DNA from: Acidothermus cellulolyticus 11B
Lineage (GTDB): Bacteria > Actinomycetota > Actinomycetes > Acidothermales > Acidothermaceae
Direction: 5' to 3'
Assembly (NCBI RefSeq): GCF_000015025.1
Contig: NC_008578.1
Location: forward strand, 1,950,001 to 1,982,000
Length of the DNA stretch: 32,000 nucleotides
The notes below the pieces were generated by a model. That model saw only the letters and a list, made by a program, of their open reading frames with translations, was not told the DNA's origin and did no database searches. Shown piece by piece: positions 7,448 to 15,800 of this stretch; the stretch's first letter is position 1, and each line of letters starts with the position of its first letter. The position numbers were made by a program, and so were the translations under genes.

Positions 7448-8304
7448 CGGAGCACCCGTTCTTCTTCAGGAAGGCGTCCGATCCGCACCATAGCCCGGTA
7501 AGCGACGGCACTGACGGACGCACCGACGGTGAGAATGACCACGCCCGCCGCGCTGTTGTACGCATGAACTGCGGCAGGATGCAACGACAGAAGCCCAAGC
7601 AGCAGCCATGGGGCGAGGACGGCGAGACGTGCGCCGTTGACCGTCCAGCCCTGCCGGGTTTCCAATTCGGCGCGAATGCGAAGGTCTTCGCGGAGAAAGA
7701 CCGACAGAGTGCGCAACAAGCGGCCAAGGTCGGTGCCGCCGACTTCGCGCGCCATCCGCAGCGATTCGATGATCCGGTCGGCGGTCGGGTCGGCCAACCG
7801 GCGTTTGAGTTCGTCCAGGCTGGCGGCGAAATTGCCGCTGACGCGGTAATCGTCAGCGAAACGGCGAAAAGTCGGGCGTAATTCGTCAGGTCCCCGGTCC
7901 GCCAACTGCGCGACAGCCTCCGGCAAGGCAAGTCCGGCTCGGACCGCCGACGCCAGGTTGTCCACGACGTCCGGCCAGACGGCGCGCAGTTCCGCGCGCC
8001 GGCGTCGCGCCCGATGCCGCACCAAGGTCCACGGCGCACATCCCGCAAAGGCGGCAAATGCCGCTGCAATCGTTGCCGTATGGGAGATTGCGGCTACCGC
8101 CGTGCCGACCACTCCGGCCGCGGCACCCCCAGCAGCAACAAGGTGGCGGGTGGTAACCGTCTCGAGGCCGGCTTGGCGAAGAGTATCGGCGATCCGCTGC
8201 GAGATCCGGCGCGGTCGACGGCGGTGGTTCGGTGCACCGGCCGGGCGACGGTGGACGAGGAGGAGCAGACCCACGCCGCAGAGCAACCCAAGAAGGGCAC
8301 CCAT
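7444..8304 (-). CDS. tadB: Tad pilus inner-membrane platform protein TadB (T2SS-F family)
   Basis: It has the T2SSF-type domain (VVDNLASAVRAGLALPEAVAQLA ... IIESLRMAREVGGTDLGRLLRTLSVFLRED). The ATG at 8302-8304 overlaps the tadA stop as ATGA (8302-8306). The longer ORF start at 8364 would overlap tadA by 61 nt. Confidence 0.8.
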   Translation of the reverse strand: MGALLGLLCGVGLLLLVHRRPAGAPNHRRRPRRISQRIADTLRQAGLETVTTRHLVAAGGAAAGVVGTAVAAISHTATIAAAFAAFAGCAPWTLVRHRARRRRAELRAVWPDVVDNLASAVRAGLALPEAVAQLADRGPDELRPTFRRFADDYRVSGNFAASLDELKRRLADPTADRIIESLRMAREVGGTDLGRLLRTLSVFLREDLRIRAELETRQGWTVNGARLAVLAPWLLLGLLSLHPAAVHAYNSAAGVVILTVGASVSAVAYRAMVRIGRLPEEERVLR

Positions 8305-9548
8305 CAGCCGTCGGCTCCGCTGTCGAGAAGCTCCGGAAGGTGGTAGCCGGCGGCGGCGAACCACTCAGGGTGCGGGGGAAATCCCTCCGCCCGTACGAGA
8401 CGTCCGTCACGCCAGGAGAAGATATCGACCGTTTCGATGACCAGGCCGTTACCGCTGTCTTCGACCCGGCCGGGAATTCCGATAATTTCCTGGACCCTTC
8501 GACGGCCTGTGGAGTCGGTCTTCGTGTGGATGACAAGGTCGACCGAGCGTGCAACGGTGGGAACGACGAACGCGTGACTCACGTTTTCACCGGCAAGCAA
8601 GGGAAGTGTGCACATTTTCGCCACGGCTTCCCGTGCACTGTTAGCGTGGATCGTACACATGCCGGGGATGCCGGCATTGAACGCCAAGAGCAGGTCCAGG
8701 CATTCCTCATGGCGTACCTCCCCGACGATGATGCGCGACGGCCGCATCCGCAGCGCCTCCTTGACCAGTCGTCGCAGCGGAATCTCTCCGGTTCCCTCCA
8801 GGCTCGGCTGGCGGGTCTGCATGGCGACGACGTCCGGCAATGGAATGCGCAGCTCAAAGACTTCTTCGCAGGAAATGACCCGCTCCCGCGCGGGAATCGC
8901 CGCTGCCAGGCAATTGAGCAGTGTGGTCTTGCCCGCTTGTGTGCCGCCGGCGACGATGATATTCAAACCGGCAACGACGGAAGCCTCCAGGAATCTCGCC
9001 GCCGCCGGGGTGAGGGTTCCCCGTGCGACAAGCTCATCCAAGGAATGCGCCGTCAGCACGAACTTGCGGATGTTCACCGCCCAATGCGTACGGGTGACGT
9101 CGGGTATGACGACGTGTAGTCGGCTCCCGTCAATAAGGGTCGCGTCCACGAACGGAGTCGAGAAATCGACCCGCCGCCCGGAGGCTTTGAGCATCCGCTC
9201 GACGAGCTCGCGGATTTGTGCCTCGCCGAGAATGGTGCTGGTCAGCTCACTCCGCCCGGCGCGGGCGACAAAAACGCGACCTGGCGCATTAATCCAGATT
9301 TCTTCAACTTGAGGATCATCCATGTACCGTTGCAGCGGGCCGAGACCCGACAGCGCGTCGCAAATGTCTTGGATAGCGGCGGCTCGATCGGCGAGCGGCG
9401 GCAGGTCGCCGGTCAAACTGCGGTCATCGTAGGCGTGGACGACCTCCTCGACGAGCGCACGGACGACGCTCGGCTCGGTCATCGGGTCGATACCGCGTCG
9501 GCGTATCAGCTCCCGTACTTCGTCCTCGACGACAGCGACGGCATCCAT
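8304..9548 (-). CDS. tadA: Tad pilus secretion ATPase TadA/CpaF (VirB11/GspE superfamily)
   Basis: Walker A GGTQAGKTTLLN, Asp box / Walker B (RPSRIIVGEVR) and His box (GMCTIHANS) are present. I preferred the ATG at 9546-9548, with GGAG 7 nt upstream. The GTG at 9549-9551 is the ORF-track start. Confidence 0.9.
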   Translation of the reverse strand: MDAVAVVEDEVRELIRRRGIDPMTEPSVVRALVEEVVHAYDDRSLTGDLPPLADRAAAIQDICDALSGLGPLQRYMDDPQVEEIWINAPGRVFVARAGRSELTSTILGEAQIRELVERMLKASGRRVDFSTPFVDATLIDGSRLHVVIPDVTRTHWAVNIRKFVLTAHSLDELVARGTLTPAAARFLEASVVAGLNIIVAGGTQAGKTTLLNCLAAAIPARERVISCEEVFELRIPLPDVVAMQTRQPSLEGTGEIPLRRLVKEALRMRPSRIIVGEVRHEECLDLLLAFNAGIPGMCTIHANSAREAVAKMCTLPLLAGENVSHAFVVPTVARSVDLVIHTKTDSTGRRRVQEIIGIPGRVEDSGNGLVIETVDIFSWRDGRLVRAEGFPPHPEWFAAAGYHLPELLDSGADG

Positions 9549-9679
9549 CACGGTGCTCCATCATGATCTTCCTGCGCCAATGGAACCGCACAGTAGCGGG
9601 TAAGTCGCACGCTCCACAAGGGTTCAGCGACGGTTGTGGACGTTTGGACGACCACCTGCGACGACAAAAGGAGCGAATC

Positions 9680-9711
9680 GGTCACCGTCGGCGGTGGGTC
9701 ACCGTCGGCGG
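9680..9711. promoter_or_regulatory. Perfect 15-nt direct repeat x2 upstream of the tad operon; candidate regulator site
   Basis: ggtcaccgtcggcgg occurs at 9680-9694 and 9697-9711 (period 17), 130-165 nt upstream of the tadA start. Confidence 0.35.
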
Positions 9712-9733
9712 CCGGTCGGCACCGGAGTCGCTC

Positions 9734-9745
9734 CCTATCGATAGG
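9734..9745. promoter_or_regulatory. Perfect 12-nt AT-cored palindrome upstream of the tad operon; candidate operator
   Basis: cctatcgatagg is self-complementary. It is the most AT-rich element in an otherwise GC-rich 320-nt intergenic region. Confidence 0.35.
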
Positions 9746-9869
9746 CGCGGGCCCGGCAGAGCGCGAGGCAGCGAGGAACTTCGATTTCGTCAGGCTCGGT
9801 GCCGGCGGCAGGCCGCCTCGTTCGTGAGCACCGTCGACCGCTGGCAGCGGTGTGAGCCGCGAACCGTGC

Positions 9870-12377
9870 TCACGGCAGACTCGCCACCCAATCGGCCTGC
9901 GCAACGACACCGCCCCGCCAGCGCAGCGGCCCCAGACCTCCCGGAACCCGGAGCGAATCGAGGAAGAGCTGCCGAGCCAGCGCGGCCGGCATCGGCTTTG
10001 CCAGTAGGAAACCCTGGGCGTAATCGCACTGGAGATCGGTCAAGAGCCGCTGCTGTTCTTTCGTCTCAATGCCTTCGGCGGTCACAATGATGTCGCAGCG
10101 ATGCGCAAGATCGATGAGCGCGGTGACAATTTCGGTGGAACGCCGGCCGGTCCCAAGGTCGCTCACGAACGACCGGTCAATTTTGATTTCGTCGATCGTA
10201 CGCTCACGCAGCAGCGAGAGCGAGGAATACCCCGTGCAGAAGTCGTCGAGCGACAATCCGACCCCTGCGGTCCGGAGCGCGTCGAGGATCGTGCTCGCCG
10301 TCAGGCTGCGGGAGAACACCGCGGTTTCTGTTATTTCACAAATCAACCGATCCGCCGGCAACCCGTGACGCGCAAGCGTGTCCAGGACGAAACGCGGCAG
10401 ATCCTCGTCCAAGAGATTCCGCGCCGAGAGGTTCACCGCCACGCTGAGCGGCAGACCGGCCCGATACCAGGACGCTCCTTCCTGGATTGCCGCATCAAGA
10501 ACGTAGCGGGTGAGATTTCCAATCAGACCGCAGCGTTCCAACAGCGGAACGAACTGCGCCGGTGAGATAAGGCCTTCCTGCGGATGCTGCCACCGGACCA
10601 AGGCTTCCGCCGCTACCGGCAGTCCGGTGCGCAGGGAGAATTTCGGTTGATAGTGCAGCACAAATTGGTTCTCGCTCAGGGCGGTGCGCAGGTCCCGCAG
10701 CATCTGCACCTGTGCCATCGCCGGAGGTTCGAGGTCGCTGCTGTACCGATAGACGGCGAGGTCCATCGCCCGGGCCTTGTACATCGCGAGCCGAGCGCGC
10801 CGTACCACTTCGGCAAGCGTCGTCCCATCCTCAGGCACGCACGCCACCCCGGTGTGGGCGTCGAGGGCAATGTCCAACCCCTCGGCGGTAATCGTTCCGC
10901 CGAGGGAGCGGACGGCCAATTCGGCCTGCGCCACCGCAGCTTCGGGGCCGGAGAGCTCCCGGAGCAGCAGCACGTACTCCGCGCCGTGCAGCCGCCCGAC
11001 CACGTCGCAGCGGCGTACGATGCCGGCCAATCGCTCCGCCACGCTGCGAAGCATCAGGTCAGCGGGGTGGGCGCCCAGAATGTCGTTCACCTCGGCAAAT
11101 CGATCGAGCCCAATTACCGCGATGGCCAACGGCTGGTCGCTGCGCCGGGACATCTCGAATTCCTTCTCCAGCATGAGGAGATTGCCCAGCCCGGTCACGG
11201 GATCCGTATGGGCAGCCCGAATGCGTTCTTCGGCTTCCCGCGTGAGAGTAGCGAACTTCACGGCATTGGCGAGCGCGACTGCCAACGCATTGGCGAACGC
11301 ATCCAAGGTCGCCTGCTCGGTCTCGGTCAATGAGACCGGCCGGGTGAAGAACAGCCGCAACGCGCCGACGTCCCCCTCGCGGGTGGTCAGTGTTCGGGCA
11401 ATGGTTGCGGTCATCGTTGCCGCCGTGGGCAGGACGTCCGCCCGGCCGGCATCGTCGGTGGCATACCGCACGGGGTATCCGGTGTGTTCGGCAAGGGTGA
11501 TTTCCGCTGCGTCCGCGCGGAGCATGGCGGCGGCCGCCGGTGCGGCAACGCGGAGCAATGCGTGCAGGTCGCTGTCCCGCAGTTGGTCGATGGCCCGCTG
11601 CAGGCGTCGCCATGCGGCGCGTTCCCGGCCCAGGGTGGCACGGTCGGCACTGAGTGCGTGCAACGGAACGAGCGCAGCAAGCACAAGAAGGGTGAGCCCA
11701 ATGGACCGGTCCAGGGCCGCGATGACGACCAACGCGATGAGGAAATTCCGGAACCAGACAATGATCGCAATACGATATAGCCCCGCGAGTCCGGACGTGA
11801 AAGGACGGTGCCGCTCCGCAGAGGTGGGAAGAGCGACGAGAATCGGTGAGATCAACGCCGTGCTCAGCGTGGCGAGCAGCAGCCCCACCAGCATGTGTCC
11901 ATGAAAGACCTGCCCCCAGTCGAGATGGACACGATACAGGTGAAAGACAGTGGAAATGCCGGATGCGGCACCTGCACAGATGACGGCAAGTGCGGTGTTG
12001 AAAATCAGCTTCTGCACCGGCTCGCGCAGCACGCGTCCTGCCAATGCCCGCGCGGCACCAAAGACGAGGACAACATATGGCGCCGGAAGCAGGACAAGTA
12101 CGACAACCAACGCACTGGTCTGCCATGCGTATGCCTTCCGCGTCCCGCCGTCGCGGACCTTAATCATGGCGGCGTAGGCGGCGAACGCTGCCGCGACCGA
12201 AAATGCCAGCCGCCACAGCTGCGGAACGTGATCGCCGATGACGACCCCGACACACGCAGCGGCAGCCACCGCCAGCGCCACGAAGCACACCGCGCGAACC
12301 CTTCGGCCAAGGGCGCGCTCCGCATCCGTTCGCACCGGTCCTCCCAGGCTGCCGCTGAACGACGTCTCCTCTACCAT
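9870..12377 (-). CDS. Integral-membrane GAF-GGDEF(degenerate)-EAL protein; predicted c-di-GMP phosphodiesterase
   Basis: The N-terminal ~260 aa contains multiple TM helices, followed by a GAF-like segment (ITLAEHTGYPVRYATDD...GALRLFF). In the GGDEF domain the signature is replaced by HGAEY (aa 464-468, nt 10974-10988), but RRCD (RxxD) is retained 5 residues upstream. The EAL domain keeps EAL (aa 591-593, nt 10599-10607), NLS, EITE, DDFCTGYSSL, KIDRSF, EGIET and QGF. Confidence 0.9.
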   Translation of the reverse strand: MVEETSFSGSLGGPVRTDAERALGRRVRAVCFVALAVAAAACVGVVIGDHVPQLWRLAFSVAAAFAAYAAMIKVRDGGTRKAYAWQTSALVVVLVLLPAPYVVLVFGAARALAGRVLREPVQKLIFNTALAVICAGAASGISTVFHLYRVHLDWGQVFHGHMLVGLLLATLSTALISPILVALPTSAERHRPFTSGLAGLYRIAIIVWFRNFLIALVVIAALDRSIGLTLLVLAALVPLHALSADRATLGRERAAWRRLQRAIDQLRDSDLHALLRVAAPAAAAMLRADAAEITLAEHTGYPVRYATDDAGRADVLPTAATMTATIARTLTTREGDVGALRLFFTRPVSLTETEQATLDAFANALAVALANAVKFATLTREAEERIRAAHTDPVTGLGNLLMLEKEFEMSRRSDQPLAIAVIGLDRFAEVNDILGAHPADLMLRSVAERLAGIVRRCDVVGRLHGAEYVLLLRELSGPEAAVAQAELAVRSLGGTITAEGLDIALDAHTGVACVPEDGTTLAEVVRRARLAMYKARAMDLAVYRYSSDLEPPAMAQVQMLRDLRTALSENQFVLHYQPKFSLRTGLPVAAEALVRWQHPQEGLISPAQFVPLLERCGLIGNLTRYVLDAAIQEGASWYRAGLPLSVAVNLSARNLLDEDLPRFVLDTLARHGLPADRLICEITETAVFSRSLTASTILDALRTAGVGLSLDDFCTGYSSLSLLRERTIDEIKIDRSFVSDLGTGRRSTEIVTALIDLAHRCDIIVTAEGIETKEQQRLLTDLQCDYAQGFLLAKPMPAALARQLFLDSLRVPGGLGPLRWRGGVVAQADWVASLP

Positions 12378-12397
12378 CGACCGGGATCGGCTGCATC

Positions 12398-12433
12398 CAA
12401 TAGCCCAAATAGGAGAACGCGTTCGGGCTATTG
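12398..12433. other. Perfect 9-bp stem / 18-nt loop hairpin 21 nt upstream of the GGDEF-EAL start codon
   Basis: The arms are caatagccc (12398-12406) and gggctattg (12425-12433). The loop is aaataggagaacgcgttc. Confidence 0.5.
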
Positions 12434-12617
12434 CCTGGTAGCGCCACCGGGCCGAGGAGATGGAGGAGAGGATGTTCCGCGTGCCGGCTGAAGGGCCAGG
12501 CAGGGTCCCTCAGCCGGCGCGGGAAATCAGGGCCTAACCAGATGGTGGTGCCAACGCCCATTAACCCCAGAAAGTGTCACGCATGTCAGGCACCTCCCTC
12601 CCCGTTAGGTGACCGTG

Positions 12618-12654
12618 GGCCAGGTTCCCGACTCGCGGAATCGGGAACCTGGCC
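12618..12654. other. Perfect 14-bp inverted repeat with a 9-nt spacer, in the divergent intergenic region
   Basis: The arms are ggccaggttcccga (12618-12631) and tcgggaacctggcc (12641-12654). The spacer is ctcgcggaa. No convergent gene ends here, so a terminator role is unlikely. Confidence 0.5.
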
Positions 12655-12875
12655 TTCCCCGTGGCGTCATCGTGTACGCCGAACAGCCGAGAGCGCACGG
12701 CCGAATGGAGTAAATGGTCCGGCGGCTATTCGGAGTAATCATGTGGCGTGATCCGACCGGGTGATCCAACCGTGGCGGTCGGCTGAGCGTGCCTCCACCG
12801 AGCCGGCTGGCACTATCCACAGCAGCTCACGCAGCCGGGTAATGCGACCGTCCGCCGCGTCAGACTCGACGCCAT

Positions 12876-15800
12876 GTGCCGCACCGAGCGAGATCGGCGA
12901 CCCCGGTGAGCATCACGGTCACCGTCCGTACACCGGCGGGTGCTCCGTCTGACGCCGCGACGGTTCGCATTCGCGCCCGGCCGGCGACGCCGGTTCGAGA
13001 GATCCTCGCGGCGCTGCGCCGGTCTGTGGCCGGCGGGGCGGACGGCGTTGCGCTCATTGACGGCAACCGGATCGACGATGAGGTGCCGTGGGACTCCGGA
13101 GTCATCCGGCAGGGCAGCGTCATCGACTTCCGGCCGGCAGAGATCACCGACAGTGCCGCGGCTCACGTGCGCGAGTCCGTGACGCTGACCGTTCTCTCCG
13201 GGCCGGATGCGGGTCGCACCGCGGTCCTCACCCGCCCGGTGAGCATCATCGGACGAGCCCCGGGGTGTGATCTGCGTCTGACAGATCCGGCTGTCTCCCG
13301 CCGGCACGCCGTGCTGTACCTGCCGCTGGAGAGCCGCGCCGCACCGGCCGGCGGGGATGGCATCCGCATCGCGGATCTCGGATCGCGCCACGGAACATGG
13401 ATCGGCACCTCTGCGGTGGGCACGGCACCCGAACCGGTCCATACCGGGGCGGTCGTCCGGATCGGCGAAAGCTCCATCGTCATTGAGCCGCTTCAGCACC
13501 GGACGGCGTCCAGGCCAGGTCCCGACGGTGCGCGCGTCCTGCCGCGCGCCAATGGAACACTAGCGGTGAACCGGCCGCCGAGGCTCGATCCGCGACATTC
13601 CGATGCCGCCGACGAGGTCGTCGAGTTTCCGTCCCCGCCGCCGCAGCCGTCGCAAGCGCGGTTGCCCCTCGTCGGTACCGCTGTTCCGCTCTTTGCGGGC
13701 ATCGGCTTCGCGGCACTGCTGCGCCGACCGGAGTACCTTGTTTTCTCGGCTCTCGCGCCCGTAGGAGGAATCCTCCAGTGGCTCACTGAGTCTCGCGCCC
13801 AGCGACGCCGCCGGCGTCTCAATCAAGAGTCCTACCTCGCACAGTGTCGGGAACTCGATGCACACATCAGCCAGCAGCTGCGTGCGGAGCGGGCGCATCG
13901 ACGGCACGCCTTCCCTGGGCCGGGTGAGATCTTCTCGATCGCCCGGCAACGGAACAGGCGGCTCTGGGAACGCCGGCCGTCGGACGCTGATTTTCTGCAC
14001 CTCCGCCTTGGTACGGGCAGTCTCCGGGCGACATGTGCCGTACGCCGCGCCCCGCACGGCCCAATTGAGCACCCATTCGTTGACGATGTCCCCGTCACGG
14101 TCGACCTCGCCGAGACCGGCGTCATGGGTCTCGCCGGACCTCACGAAGCGTGCCATGGCCTACTCCGCGCGCTCGTCGCACAAATAGCGACGCTGCACAG
14201 CCCGCGTGATGTCCGGATCGTCCTTCTCGCTGCGGATATCAGCCGGTGGGAATGGGTACGGTGGCTGCCGCATGTGACCCCCTTCCCCGGCGCGGACTGT
14301 CAGGCCCTCATGGGATGTGACGAGAGAACAATTGCCCGGCGGATTCGCGAACTCACCGAGCTCATCGAGCTCCGGACCCGACAGCACACGCCACCGTCCG
14401 ACGCGGCGCCGCGAATCGTGGTGCTCGTTGACGGCGCGCTGGCCCTGCGACGCCGTACCGCCCTCTCCGACGTGTTGGTCAACGGTCCGCACCAGGGGGT
14501 GTTCTCCATCTGTGTCGACGAATCCATTGACCAGCTGCCCGAAGAATGTCAGGCGACAGTGACTTTCGACTCGCCGAGCACTCATCGTGCCGAATTCCGC
14601 ACGCGCGGGCAGGTGGTGGCCGTTGCCGCCGACGCGCCGACGTCCCCCTGGGCCGAAGCGGTTGCGCGAGCTTTAGCGCCACTGCGCGATGAAACTCCAG
14701 ACAGCCGAAATGGTGGGCAGCTGCCGCAGAGCGTCTCGCTGCTCAGCGTCCGCGGCTGCTGTGACGCTATCCAGCTGCGACACGACATCGAAGAGCGATG
14801 GCGTAGGGACGGCCGGAGCACTACCGCCGTTCTCGGCTTAGGAATGCAGGGCATCGTCGCTATTGATCTGGTCCGTGACGGACCGCACGGACTGGTCGCC
14901 GGCATGACCGGGGCAGGAAAGAGTGAACTTCTGCAGACCCTCGTCGCATCACTCGCCATGGAGAACAGGACGGATGAACTTGCCTTCGTGTTGGTCGACT
15001 ATAAGGGTGGAGCTGCGTTCGGTCCGTGCGCCCAGTTGCCCCATGTTGTCGGCGTTGTCACGGACCTTGACGAAGCGCACGCTGAGCGGGCTCTTGCTTC
15101 CCTTGCTGCTGAACTGAAACGCCGCGAGCGTCTCTTCGCCGGCGTGAGGGCCGCCGATTTCGATGCCTACCGCGCAACCGGTTGCCGGCTACATCGGCTT
15201 GTCATCATCGTCGACGAATTCGCCACGTTGACGGCGGAACTCCCTGACTTTGTCAGCGGTTTAGTGGGAATAGCGCAGCGCGGCAGGTCGCTCGGCATTC
15301 ATTTACTCCTCGCCACCCAGCGTCCCGAGGGGGCGGTGAGTGCCGATATTCTTGCGAATACCAACCTTCGCATCTGCCTTGCGGTCACGAGCGAGGCCGA
15401 GTCACGCAGTCTCATCGGAATTGCGGACGCCGCACATATCGGACGGGATACGCCGGGTCGCGGCTACCTGCGCACCGGTCACCATCAGCATCGGGTGTTT
15501 CAAGCGGCGCGGGTGGCCGTCATGTCCTGCACCGAGCAGACAGCCGAGGTCGAGATTCAGCCTGTCCCGATCACCGACCTTTGCTGCGCGGAATCGCGAC
15601 CGGCGAGCGATTCTGCGACGAATCACATTAGCGATCTCGCACTGATCACCTCAGCATGTCGCGACATTGCGGCCTCGCTCGCCATCACGGCGCCGCCGGC
15701 TCCCTGGCGTGAGCCGCTGCCGGACGTCATAACGAGCGATCCTGCGCGAGACCGCCCGCTTGACGTCGTGCTGGGTATCACGGATCTACCGGCGCAGCAA

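Noticed and set aside
9548-9910. A 120-aa minus-strand ORF upstream of tadA as the missing Ssd/CpaE-like gene.
   Set aside because: It is too short and has no P-loop. Its composition is Arg/Pro-rich, and it overlaps both the 3' end of the GGDEF-EAL gene and the tadA start. I treat it as non-coding.
10974-10988. The GGDEF domain as an active diguanylate cyclase.
   Set aside because: The signature reads HGAEY, and several other catalytic or substrate-binding positions are substituted. I call it degenerate or sensory.
12431-12751. A 106-aa plus-strand ORF, and the 71-aa minus-strand ORF at 12605-12820, as small genes or WXG100-like substrates ahead of the EccC-like gene.
   Set aside because: Neither has an SD. 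Both are Arg/Pro/Gly-rich and lack a WXG or helical-hairpin pattern. Each is built across the hairpin and palindrome sequences. A structured non-coding region is the more likely reading.
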